Both the position numbers and the translations under genes were made by a program. From positions 148,986,001 through 149,050,000 of the forward strand of contig OZ024742.1 of the NCBI GenBank assembly GCA_964016885.1: DNA of 64,000 nt, in the 5' to 3' direction. This stretch comes from Eledone cirrhosa. Lineage: Eukaryota. Shown piece by piece: positions 25,274 to 37,965 of the stretch; positions within the stretch are counted from its first letter, which is position 1, and each line of letters begins with the position of its first letter. Under the pieces are notes generated by a model that saw only the letters and a list, made by a program, of their open reading frames with translations, had not been told where the DNA came from and searched no databases.

Positions 25274-26359
25274 GTTGACTATGTTTATGTCCTGCATAAA
25301 CAATATTCCCCACAGCTCAGCACTGAAAATGAGTACCTTACTCAAAAACCAAGTATGGGTTGACACCAGAAAGATATCTGGCTGTAAAATACTGCTTCAT
25401 AAAAGTATCTCTTAACCCATGCCATAATGATGGAGGTGATGTTATTAAGGGCAATGATTCATATGTATTACATTGAGAAGTTAACAGTTTTACTCATAAA
25501 CGTAAGAATGCTGGCAGTAGAAAACTGGCCCTTCAACTAACAGCCTGATATCACATTATTAATATACACATCTATCTATGCCAACTTTTAGGTCTCTCAT
25601 GTCTTTACACATGCCCTCCAAAGATCTCTATCCAACATCAGCATTCTGAGCTGTCCTACACTATCTACTTCAGTATCTCCCAACAGGTTACCAATGTAAT
25701 TTTTTTTCCTTCTGCCCATGTTTGTGTTTCCATCTGATAGTTCCTACAGGACAAGATCACTTGCTATCTCCCCATGGTGGCAAACACGATGATCTGCAAT
25801 TTTCATTCTCCTCTGATAAATTCTGTTAATTCCTGGTACTACTACTGTTACCCTGCCCATTGTTCACTTCATTGCCATTGCTCTTAATAACTAGCTGTTC
25901 ATAAATGTTGTTATTTAACTTCATACCATAATAGCTTTCAACCATTCATTTACTAGTCAATAATCAAAATATAAGGCATTAGAACATCAGATAAAATGCT
26001 TTGTGGCCTTCATTCGAGCTCCCTTTGAACTCGGAGTTCAAATTTCAATGCCTTTCATCGTTTTGAGGTCAATAAAAAAAGTACCAGCCTAGTACTAGGG
26101 TTTATTTTTTCGCTTTTTCACTTTCACATTTCCTCATTCTCTCACCTTCTCTGGAAGAAATCAGCTGTGTTTAGACATTAAAAGGGATGGGCTCTGCCAA
26201 GTTGAAAATGCCCAAGACACACAGCACTCCTAGAACTCCATCGGATGTTACAGGTCCATACATAGAATCAAAATATAATTTCTGAATCTGAATCCTATAA
26301 TTTGCAGTAGGTAAACAAACTTTATTGACAAGATGGGAAATCAATTAAATATGTTGTGT

Positions 26360-26650
26360 AGGCATCACGACAAAAAGCACCCAGTCCACACTGTAACGTA
26401 CGTGGTCGTGTTGGTGACGCGATAAAAAACACCTAGCTCACACTGTAAAGTGGTTGTGTTGGTGACACAACAAAAAGCACCCAGTACTCACTGTAAATGA
26501 GGTTGGTGTTAGGAAGGGCATCCAACTGTAGAAACCAAGCCAAAATCAGTTCTGTATGTGCAAGACATGGTCACCTGACCTAGCATTGCCCACATGCTAG
26601 CGTGGAAAAATTTACATAAAACGGTGATGATGATGATGATGATGATGATG
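26360..26650 (+). mobile_element. RTE 3' tail with three subrepeats and (GAT)n
   Basis: aaaagcacccagtccacactgtaa units, then ggttggtgttaggaagggcatcc and a (GAT)n run. Confidence 0.85.
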
Positions 26651-27534
26651 TATGATTGCACTATACAGAAATAGGGTCAAAACCCAGCAGAGTATATTGA
26701 TTTGTAATTGGCCCCCGATTCATCCCATTGCAGTGTATTGCATGTATATTAATATGTAATTTGCATGTCCCTCTCCGGATAAGCCAGTAGCTTATTTTGT
26801 TATTGCAAGTAATGAAATGACTAAAATCTATTGTTGCTTTATTGATTTAAAACAACAATATTATGAAATAAATGAAATAAAACTGAAATGAATGTCCAAC
26901 CCTTGATAGCAGCGAAAACGGACATTAAACAGTGATGATGATAATGATGATGGTGATGATGACGACGACGATGATGAAGAAAATGATTAAACCTGGAGAA
27001 CTAAGTGTTCATTAATATAGTTTAAATTTATCAACTCTCCTATTACTATATGTTTAAGTAATGAAGAATTATGATAGATTTACTAAAATGATACATTATT
27101 TCATTATACTAAGATATCAACTTAACAAATGGTTCTTATATAAAATTATATTAGAAGGTTTTAATTTAAAAAGCAAGCTTTTTAAAATGGGTTTCAAAAA
27201 CCAGGGGGTGGTTTGGGGCAGGTTGGTATCAAAAGGGTTAAGAGCCACAAAAGAATGGTTACAGGTGTTTTTATTAGATATATTATTACAGGAGAAAATA
27301 TGTTTAGTTTTAAATATTTTGCTGGAAATTTCTTAGAAGCATATATAAGCAGTATTAATAAACACAGCCTGTGACAAGTACTGAGACAACAATGTCATAT
27401 ATAAAATGAGGCTACAACTTATCTACTGATGTGATGTACATGTGAGTATATATGGTACTTAACTTGCTGAAATCTTACCTATTACACTACACTATTTTAC
27501 ACAATCATAATTAATCATAGAATAATAATGATTT

Positions 27535-28145
27535 TTTTAAACTTTGGCACAAGGTCATAAATTGTGTATGGATATAGCTGGTTAAAATAAACACAATATT
27601 CTACTGGTACTTTATTCTATAGAACTCTGAAAGATGAAAGACAAAGTTGATACTAATGGAATTTGAAATACCACAAGGCATTTTATCTGATGCTTTATCC
27701 ATTGTTCCATTCATTGTCCACCTCAGTAATGATTTCTAATTTTGGCACAAAGCCAGCAATTTGGGGGAAGAGAAAGTCAATTAAATCGACCCTGGTACTC
27801 TTATTTTATTGACCTTGAAAGGATGAAAAGCAATGTTAACTTCAGCAGGATTTGAACACAGAACATAAAGAGCTGGAACAAATACTACTAAGCATTTGTC
27901 CAATAATTGTTTCTACTTTTGGCACAAGGCCAGCAACTACCCAGTACATTACTGGTACTTTATTTTATCGACCTCGTAAGGATGAAAGGCAAAATTAACC
28001 TCGGCGGGATTTGAACTCAGATCGTAAAGGGACGTAACTATGCTGTAAAGCATGTCCGACCCTCTACCGATACTGCCAATTCACCGCCCTTGTCCAATAA
28101 TCAAGCATTTGTCCAATAATCTCACAATTATGCCAATCCACCATC
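27535..28145 (-). mobile_element. Cluster of three tRNA-related SINEs; the youngest (27908-28089) is nested in an older copy
   Basis: Three repeats of tttggcacaa...ctggtact...gatgaaag...atttgaa; 12-bp duplication ttgtccaataat at 27896-27907 and 28090-28101. Confidence 0.8.
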
Positions 28146-28966
28146 CCCCCACTTCAACGATAGGAAAAACAAAATTAAAAATGATTTTTTTTAAAGCATT
28201 GAGAGAAAAAACATGAGGAAAACAAAGATGAGAAATTTGAAAAAAACTATTATTTCTTTTTTTTATCTGCATCATATCACATCATATTTCTATTTTACTT
28301 AATGGTAGCATTCATAGTTATAAACAGCCCAGTTACATGGAGTTTGTATGTTTCTAACATTGTACGGCTTTGAATTCATAATTTTTTAATGTAGATACAA
28401 AACATTTAAATCATCAATGAGAAAAATGAAAGCAGTTTTACTTTGGAGTTTTCCTTACTGAATACATTCTCAGACAGGCTTGAAAACACATGCTTTTTCA
28501 GAAAAGACAAAATTACAAAATGTTTATCACCAATAAGAGAGAAAGTTGGAGGAGTTATATTCAAAGAAGCAATGTGTGTGAAAATTGAAGTATTGAGTTG
28601 ACTTCACATTTATTAGTGCTGTTTAATTTTAGCTGTCTCTTTGGTAACAATGAACACATCATGAATATGTGATAGAACTAAAACCTTATTCTGTAGTTAG
28701 TTTATATAGTGTATATTGATGTTGATTAAGGAAGGGGCACATCAGGGTGATACTATATATTTGTATATACAGGGAACAGCTATACTTCTAGACACATATT
28801 GAAAACATGTTCTATCTCATATTTCATATTTAATAGGAGTTTGTTTGGAACAGTAAAATTCCTAAATTCACTATCAATGAAAACAAGAAAAATCTTGAGA
28901 AAAAAGATAGAACTAAAACACAGCTATGTTTCAATACAACACACAAATATACATATATACATAAAT

Positions 28967-29167
28967 ATATGTTATTAAATTCAATACTACAATAAAGACG
29001 CAAGACAGAGAAATGGAAGGATATGCATTTTAACTTGTTCAACTTGCAGTGTCTTCTTTGTCATTGGAACACTTCAAGTTGAATAAGTTGAGTTCGCTCA
29101 ATCAAACACTCGTCCTTCCATTTCTCCATGTTGTGTCTTTGTTGTAGTATTGAATTCAATAATATAT
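28967..29167. repeat. Nested foldback: 56-bp outer arms and 21-bp inner arms
   Basis: 28967-29022 pairs with 29112-29167 (about 8 differences); 29032-29052 pairs with 29069-29089 (2 differences). Confidence 0.88.
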
Positions 29168-29299
29168 TAAAACTCATCCTATCGACTGAGTGCTATACAC
29201 CTTGGATATCTTTTTCAAATTATTACTACTATATATATATATATATTAATTAAGAATGTAGGATTCACATGCAGCAGCTGTGCTGAGACAGCAAGCAGC

Positions 29300-30245
29300 A
29301 AACAGCCACAGGAAACAAGTACCACCAATCTCTGGGAGGGCTCTGTAGAAACAGTAGACAGCTTCTGCTACCTAGGTGACCGAATTAGCAGCGGAGGTGG
29401 GTGTTCAGAAAGTACAATAACTAGGGTAAGAACGGGATGGAAGAAGTTTAGGGAACTACTACCACTGCTAGCTGCAAAAGGCTTCTCCCTCAGAATGAAA
29501 GGCAGACTGTATGATGCGTGTATCCGAACAGCGATGTTGCATGGTAGTGACACCTGGGCGCTGAAGGTGGAAGACTTACGTAGATTAGAGAGAAACGAAG
29601 CCTGCATGCTCCGATGGATGTGTAACAGTAATATACGTGAACGACAAAGCATAAATGAATTGAGAGAGAGACTGAGCATAAGAGGAATCAAATGCTGTGT
29701 GCAGGAGAGGCGGTTGCGCTGGTATGGACATGTGATGCGTATGAAGGATGACAGCTGCATAAAAAGGTGCAGAGCACTAGAAGTTGATGGAAACCGCGGA
29801 GTGGGGAGACCCAAGATGACCTGGGATAAAAGCCGACCTTACCCAATTACACCTCTCAAAGGCAATGACACACGACCGTGACTTCTGGCGTCACGCAGTA
29901 ATACAGAGTACCCAACCTCCCATGGGTACAAGCTGAAGCATATAGACAATATACCCCCACACCCCTCACCGCAAGGTGGTCGTGGAGGTGCCACGGCAAA
30001 AAAAGCATCCAGCCCACACTGTAAAGTGGACGTGTAGGCACCACGAAAAAGCACCCAGCACTCACTGTAAATGAGGTTGGTGTTAGGAAGGGCATCCAGC
30101 TGTAGAAATCAAGCCAAATCAGTTCCTGTATGAGCAAGGCATGGTCAGCCGACCAGACACTGCCCACAACAGGACAACCCGTCTAACCAATGCTAGCGTG
30201 GAAGAACGGACGTAAAACGGTGATGATGATGATGATGATGATGAT
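29300..30245 (+). mobile_element. RTE LINE 3' fragment with UTR and (GAT)n tail
   Basis: ORF 29495-29881 (LYDACIRTAMLHGSDTW, RLRWYGHV, GRPKMTW). Confidence 0.92.
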
Positions 30246-30838
30246 ATACACACACATAAGAGGTGATTTAGGAAGCAGTGTCTTATTTTGATGCTGTGTT
30301 AAAAATTATGTGCAGTTAATTTCATTTTTATTTAGGCAGAGAACAGTTTTATATCTGTGCAGTTAGTCTAAAATCATTTTGGATCTGCTAGATGCATATG
30401 TCTATGCTTTAACTTTGCCTGCAATATTATTCTCAAGACATTTTCCACCATTAATTACTCAGACATTAAATATAACAACGTTTGACTAATTCATTTAGGT
30501 CATCTTTAAGGAACCCAAATATAGTAGTTTTATGATCTTTACTGTCAACAATTTAAGTTAGATTGTATTTTCAGTGATGGATAAACTAAAATTGAATAGT
30601 GATTTTTAAAACAAAGTATTTGTATAGATATGCACAATGAACAAGAAAGTTATTAAAAATTAAGTCTCACTCAACTGGTTTTGACAGTAAAAAACAAAGT
30701 CAAATTCAATGGAGTTTATGGTTGCTAATAAATAAAAACATTCAATTCTGATGAATTACATGAAATGTCTTTGACAGTCAGTCTGTGGCAAGAGGAAATC
30801 TTAAAAGTAATAGTGAAAGCAAAATTACACAAAAAATA

Positions 30839-30904
30839 TACAAAACACTGGCACGTAGAGAAATTCAGAATTGAAATGAATTCCTCTATGTGCCAGTGTT
30901 TGTA
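30839..30904. other. 66-nt near-perfect hairpin
   Basis: tacaaaacactggcacgtagagaaattca / tgaattcctctatgtgccagtgtttgta with a 9-nt loop. Confidence 0.85.
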
Positions 30905-31412
30905 CCTCGGATAAGTTAGCAGTAAGTAATACTTATCACAAACATACGACGTCCTCGCCTTGGACTATAACAATTTCTCTCTTTCTAATGAAGTGCAATA
31001 ATTTATATTATGTTAAAGAATGAACTCTTAATAAATTTCTCCTGACCAATTTTTCCTGCCTAGTTATTCCTGTTTTTCCTGGTACCATACTTATATATAT
31101 ATAGTGTATGTGAGGCAGCCAATTGGCAGAGTCGTTAGAATGTCTAATGGAATGCTTTATGGTATTCATTCTGGCTCTGTGCTCTCTGAGTGTAAATCCT
31201 GCCATCGTCAACTTAGCCTTTCATCCTTTCAAGTTAGAGAAAAAAAAAGTACCAGTCTAGTACTGGGGTTGATTCTTCCTCTATATCTCTTTCTCATTTT
31301 CTCTCTCTCACTTTCTATCTTTCTCTGGAAGAAATCTGCTGTACTCGGGCCTGGAGAGGGGTGGGCTCTGCCTGGCTTAGAATGCCCAAGAAACGCTGTA
31401 TATATATATATA

Positions 31413-31629
31413 GGCGTGTGGCTGAGTGGTTAGGGAATTGGATTCACAATCGTAAGGTTGTGAGTTCGATTCCTGGACCAGGCGATGCGTTATGTCCTTG
31501 AGCAAGACACTTTATTTCACGTTGCTCCTTCTACCTGGAGTTGCGACCGATAGATAGTATTAGCAATTGGAAAGACCAACGGAAACATTGTTCCCTCGGT
31601 CCGATTTGACGAAAGTCGATCGTTCCTTT
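31413..31629 (+). mobile_element. Well-preserved tRNA-derived SINE with CORE-like domain
   Basis: Pol III A box tggctgagtgg (31419), B box gttcgattc (31464), tgtccttgagcaagacactt; flanked by (TA)n. Confidence 0.85.
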
Positions 31630-31642
31630 ATATATATATACA

Positions 31643-31839
31643 GCCGTGTAGGTAACACGGTAAAAACCTCCCAGTCCATACTGTAAACGTGGTTGGTGTT
31701 AGGAAGGGCATCCAGCCGTAGAAAACCCGCCAGACAGTCTTGAGCACGACAACCAATCTTGCCTCATGTGGGACAATTCCCGTCCAGACCCATGCTAGCA
31801 TGAAAAATGGACGTTAAACGATGATGATGATGATGATGA
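31643..31839 (+). mobile_element. RTE 3' tail
   Basis: Matches 6988-7190; ends in (GAT)n. Confidence 0.85.
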
Positions 31840-31929
31840 TATACAGCACCCCTACGATTCTATCAGGAGTTACGGGACCATACATACAGTACATAGTGTA
31901 TGTGATTCAGTGAATTACTGGTGGGAGTA

Positions 31930-32925
31930 TCAAAATTAGCATTTGATGTACAGGCAGAGTGTATATATTAAGAAAAATGATGAAGTTTCTTTTACATGTA
32001 GATAGTTTTTTTTATTGTGTATCAACCTGTTACACAAGTTTTGCAAGGGACTGGTGTAGGGTCACCTATAGAAATTATGAACCTGACTCCATCATTTATC
32101 TGCTCTTCAGACTGACGATTCAACAAAAAATACACTGGGAAAATTATGAGCATCATAAATTAATCTCCCTTTATAAATTTCTTTCAGGAATGAGCTTGAT
32201 TTTAGGTTGTGGGCAGAGAGCATGGGACCGAAGCCTTAGGTGTATTTTACAGATGATGCCAACATCATTTGGGCAATGCTGATGGAATAATTTCCACATT
32301 ATGCAGTTAATGTAGTGCTCACTTCATGGTGGCATTGGAGAGAGTAGAGTTTGAGCTTTTCTAGTTTAGCTTTTCTAGTTTGAGCTTTTCTAGTCAAGGT
32401 CTATCATGCCATCTATATTTTGGGGATTGACATTTGAGGTGCTTCAATTTTCATAATACTTTGTTTCATGTAGGGAGACCACATTGGAAAACAGTATTCA
32501 AGGTGGAGCCAGGAGAAAGTAGAGAGGAGAAGGGTAATTGTGTGGATATCTCTTGATTGGAAAGTTCTGAGAATCCAGGAACACATCCTGTGGGCCAAGT
32601 CAACTTTGGTGTTTATATGACTAGCCCAGCTTAGGTTGTTATCAACAATTACTCCCAGGTCCCTGGTGTTGTTGGATTCCACAAGGGTTTCACCCGAAGG
32701 AAAAGAATATGAGAGATACAGAGCATCCTCTTTTCCAAAGTGGATTAGTTTCAATTTATCCTCACTCAGTAGCATATTGTTTTTCCACCCATTTGATAAC
32801 AGCAAGTAGATCTGAATGAAGGTATATCTGGTCTCCCACACAATTTATGACCTTCTGGAGCTTGGAGACATCTGCGAAGATTCTTATGTTGCTGCACTTG
32901 ATGACATCGATAATGTCATTGATAT
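31930..32925 (-). mobile_element. Decayed CR1/L2-group LINE 3' portion
   Basis: ORF 32413-32841 (TRDLGVIVDNNLSW, HLEYCFPMWSPY). Low boundary is approximate. Confidence 0.8.
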
Positions 32926-32934
32926 ATATATATC

Positions 32935-35750
32935 TGGGGACTAGGGTGAGGAATGTGTATAGGGATGGGAGAGGTATATCTAGGGGCGAGGGGTAGGGAT
33001 GTGGATGAGAAGCAAGATGTTAGGACGAGGGAGGGGAAGGTAGGAGAAAGTGGTGCATACTAAATTATGCTTCAACTTGTGCATATGAGAAGGCAGGTCC
33101 AAAGATCTCAATCCTGTCACCATCTTTGAATGGTGCAATTGTGCAAGGTCAGACTTTATCACCTCATCCCAAGTCTTCCTAGGTCTCCCTACTTCATAGC
33201 TACTATTAACCTTGAGCGCCCTACACCTTTTTATACAGCCATCATCCTTCATATGTATCACACATGACCATACCAATGCAATCTCTTATGCACACTGCAT
33301 CTGATCCTTCTTATGCTCAGTTTCTCTCTCAGTTCATTAATGGTTTGCCATTCATGTATATTACTATTACACATAAAACAAAGCATGCCAGCTTCATTTC
33401 TTTCCAATATTCTCTGGTCCTCTGCACACTCAGCCCAGATCTCACTACCATGCAACATAGCTGCTTGTATACATGCATCATACCCTTCATTTTGAGGGAA
33501 AACCTTTTGTAGCTATGAAATTTTTTTATCTCGTCCTCACTCTGGCTCCTGTACTTTCCAAACACCCACCTCCAAGGGTAATTTGTTCACCTAGGTAAAA
33601 GAGGCTGTCAACTGTTACTACGGAACCTTCCAAGAATTTAATAGCAATTCTTTCCTGCGAGTGCTACTTAATGCTCCTGTGCAACAGCAACCTGTAAAAC
33701 CTACATTCTTAACTAACTTCCCTTGGATCCTACTACATGTCTTGCATCCATAGTTTGCATTTGGGACAGAGGATGGAATTTCTATCCAGCCCTTTCCTAC
33801 TCACTGAGCAGAGCCATTTTCCAGAAGAGATCAGGGCCTTACTAAATTTGGTCTTTGCCAAGTTGACTTTAAGACCTTTTGATTCCAGGTTAGAAATGTT
33901 TCTCTAGTTCTAACATGGATTCAGATATGAGAGTTAGATATTCAGCATTCAGGAGTTTCCAAGGCCAGCCTGTTTTAAACTCTTCTGTTATAGCTTGGAG
34001 GATGATAATAAACAGGAGCGGACTAGGCACAGAACTTTGGTGGACTCCAACTTGCACACAAAACTCCTCGCTATAGTCATTATTAATTTTAACCTTGTTG
34101 ACAGAACCTCTCTACAATCCACTCTTCTACTCCGAGTTTCCTAAGTGCCCACCAGATTACAGTATGGGTCAAAAGTTTTCTCAAGGTCAACAAATGCTAA
34201 GTAGAGGGGTTTGCTTTTAGCTAGATACTTCTGCAGTTGCCTCACAAGGAAGAGGGTATCATTGGTACTTCTTCTTGGGACAAATCCAAACTGAATCTCT
34301 TCTAGTTTAATTTGATCCTTAGTCAGTTGTACAATGACTCTTTCTGTAACTTTCATGACCTGGTTCATCAGTTTGATGTCTCGATAGTTCCCCCTCTCTA
34401 GGGCATCACCCTTGCCCTTGTAGCAGTTGATGATGATGATGATGCTATGCCAGTCATTGGGTATAGCACCATATAGTATAACTTGGTAAACAATATGGGT
34501 GGTTATGATGTGTCCTACCACCCCAGTTGCTTTCAGTATCTCAGCAACTATACTCGATGGCCCCACTGCTTTGCCTGTTTTCATGTCTTCAATTGCCTTA
34601 CTTTTACAACACTACTGGTAACTTGCACTGCTGGTCCCTCTGTAGGATCCATCTGGGGCAAGCTATCTTCCTCCCACACATTCTCCTTATTTATCAGTCT
34701 CTTGTAATGACACTTCCATGCTGCCCTAGGAGAGTCCTAGATAGAACAACTGTAACTATTATATCAGCATATGTACTGCAATTGGGACTACAAGACAGAC
34801 AAAAAATGACTACTATCAATCCCTGATACAGACTACTTCTCTAGTATATGACAAGGAACTATTAATCATAGCAGGAGACTTTAATGGACATGATGGACAA
34901 CACAGTGATGGTTGCTACAGGACACAAGGTAGGTATGGGTTTTGTACAAGAAATGAGGAAGGTTTTAGGCTCTTGGAATTCTGTGATGCTAATGAACTGA
35001 TAATATGTAACACTAAAAAAAACCAACAACTTAATCACCTATAGATCAGGTGAACATACCAGAAAATAGATTTCATCCTCACCATAAAGTGAGATAGAGT
35101 GATGGTAGCAAACACAAAGTCCTTCCTTGGTGAACAATGCACCTCCCAACATAACCTAGTAGTCAGTGACCAGCTAATTAGAGCTAGACATACTCAGAGA
35201 CATAGGGCAACCTGGATGAGAAGGGTATGGAAATTGAAGGATCCCTCAGTCTGTAACCAATTTAGGAATATCGTGCTTGACACTTTTGACAAGGAAGAAG
35301 AAATAGTAACATACGATAGAGAGGAGCAGTAAGAGTCCCTGAAAGATAATCTACTGAAAGCCACAGATGAGGTATGTGGTTGGAGCAGAGGGACAGTGAG
35401 TAAGATAGTAGGATGGATGAGTCAATTAAGACTAAGAGACGGGTATGAAAAAAAAATGACAAAATGGGAGTAGCAGAAAACCTTACCAACTGGCCTAGAG
35501 AGAGGCAATTCGAAAAGTACACTTTGCAAGGAGGGAAGGAGAAAGTAAGAAGTTGATGCATGTTATGTACCATGAGGATTAAAGACATGAGTTTTCAGGA
35601 TCACGAGACAGGAAAAATAGATATGTTGTGGAGGAGAAGTGTGTCCGGGATGACAATGGTGCCCGTACCCTCACTGAAACTGAAAAGAAGGCACCATGGA
35701 AGTGTCATTATGAGACTGATGAATGAAGAGAATGTGTGGGAGAATAGCTT
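32935..35750 (-). mobile_element. RTE LINE with an inverted 5' segment (RT and 3' end on -, endonuclease region on +)
   Basis: Minus ORFs 34141-34584, 33258-33458 and 32980-33276. Plus segment 34728-35750 has IISAY, IAGDFNGH, LLEFCDANELIICNT and QHNLVV APE motifs. Confidence 0.85.
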
Positions 35751-35917
35751 TACACTATAACAGCAGCAACTGGTGTGATGATGCTCAAACTTCAATCAAG
35801 TGACCACAATAGTACCAACTATAAGTGAACATGATCAGCGGGCAGTGTGACAAACCTAAAGTTATGTTATGGTGAAAGTGCGGATACATTTTTGACTTAC
35901 CCTCATATATATATAGC

Positions 35918-37360
35918 TTCTTCTTCATCCACTTATTCCTGAGAGGGCTGTGAGGGCAGAGTCCTCAAACACTCCTTTCAGCAGGGCCTGTCAGAAGTAA
36001 AGATCTCCAACTGATCTGGTTGGATCTCCAAGCATGACCAGCCAAGCTCATGGATGAAATCTTGCTTGGGGTCTACCCCTGGGTCTCCTGCCAGTTGGTT
36101 TTTCCCATAAAAATCGATCCAGCGATTCTTTCATAAGTTGTCCTTCTTGCACTTGTGGTACAAGCAGACATGAAGAATTGCAGCAGAGAAAGTAAAGACA
36201 TGAGAGGACTTTGGGGTTAAGCTGGAATCTGACTTCAGATCAGAAAATAAAGTGTTCTAGCAGATCATCCGCTCACTTTGTAATAAGAAGTCACCTTCCA
36301 CACCTGCTATCAGGAATGTGCCTGGGATTCTCCTTTCGTCAGAGATGTACATCCTCACGAGGTGGAAAGAATACTTTGCTGATCTCCTAAATCTGATCAC
36401 AACAGCATCTTCTGATGTTCACGAGGTGCATCGAGTAGCAGGGACTAATCTCTTTGAGGCTGAGGTCAAAAGAGCAGTTAAAGGCCTTAAATAGAAAAGG
36501 TATTCTCTGGTTGACTCATGTATTCTGGGTGGCCTGGATCTCTGAAAATGCACCTAAGTAATGGCAATCAGGAGTGATAATCCCAATTTTCAAAAGGGGA
36601 GACAAGAGAGATTCTTCCAATTATAGAGGGATCTCCTTGTTAAACCTCCCCTGTAAAGTCTATGCCAAGTGTCTGTCAAAGAAATGAAGGGAAATTGTCA
36701 AGTCCAAGCTAGCTGATGAACAGTACGATTTTCACCCCAGATGCAGCACAGCTGACCTAATATTCACACTGCAACAGGTCTTAGAGAAATCATGGGAGTA
36801 TTGCCAAAAGGAATATGGAATCGATGGTCAGCTTCTTGCCAGCCTGATGTCTCTATATGAATGTCCAAGTATTTGTGTTTAGATAAATGGTACTAAGTCG
36901 AAACCATTCAATGTGGGAGTTGGACTCTGCCAATGGTCCATACAGTCACCTCTCCTGTTTGTTGTTTTCATGAACAGGATTGACATGCACAGCTAGGTTG
37001 GAAATGGTATCACAACTGGCAGATGTAAAATTAGTCAGCTGGAGTTTGGTGATGAAATTGTATTACTTAACTCACCAGAAGGTGACCACCAACTTGCACG
37101 TGATTGGTTTGATGCCAAGTGCTGCATGGCTGGAATGAAAATCAGTGCTGCGAACACTGAGACACTTGTCCTCTCAGTGCACACTACATGTGAATGGAGT
37201 TCCACTGAAGCAAGTGGAGAAGTTCAATTATCTTAAAGCTGTGTTCACGAGTGATGGAAGGTAAGAAGCTGAATTAAGTGCTAGAATTGCAGGAGCTAGT
37301 ACAGTAATGCGCCATCTTCAGCATTTGGTAATCTGAAGAAGAGAGATAGATGTAAAAGCC
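35918..37360 (-). mobile_element. Second RTE family: 3' end with (GAA)n tail on -, RT segment inverted on +
   Basis: 35918-36140 is the reverse complement of 55985-56210. 36145-37360 (+) encodes IPIFKRGD, NYRGISLLNLP, EKSWEY, SPLLFVVFM and VEKFNYL remnants. Confidence 0.8.
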
Positions 37361-37361
37361 A

Positions 37362-37965
37362 CCTTCATATCCCATGATTGGGCCATTTGTAGTAAGCCAC
37401 ATGTTAGTCTAACTGTGGTAGATGGCTACTCTCCCTCTTTTACAAACCTGATTGATGGTGTTGGTTTCTTCTGTGTTTGGTGTTCCCTGTGTCTCTCTTG
37501 GTCCAGAGCATTGGTGAGCGCTCATGAGTACCTTATTGTGGTCCCATCTATATCTCCCTTGGGCAAGAACTGTGTTACACTCTCCGTCTGCCTTTCTGTA
37601 TTGGTGATGTTGTTCCTGTCTGAAAGTAAGTCATCACAACACTTCCCAAGGCTTTTTGTTGGGCTTCCCTGGATTGATGGAATAATCTCTTCTGCACTTT
37701 CTATCACTCTACCTTTCTTGATTACCATACTTTTGGTTTTCCTTGGTTTGAACATCATCCTTGTCCATATCACCACATGGTTAAGCACTGCTAATACCCA
37801 TCTTGCCTCCTCCTAGGTTGTGGTCGTCACAGTGAGATCATCCATGAAACCTCATATTAGGTGTTGTTGGACATGCGATAACATACTTGGTCCTTGGGAT
37901 TCTTTTTTAGCAGCCATTATAAGGAGGTTCATTCCCATCATGAAAAGAATGGGAGAGATTGTATA
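37362..37965 (-). mobile_element. Non-LTR RT fragment, probably Hero / R2-superfamily
   Basis: Minus strand has ISPILFMMGMNLL, FMDDLTV, MMFKPRKTKSMVIKKG and IPSIQGSPTKSLG. Confidence 0.65.

Noticed and set aside
31413-31485. tRNA gene
   Set aside because: Has A and B boxes but runs into a CORE-like SINE body and has degenerate copies elsewhere.
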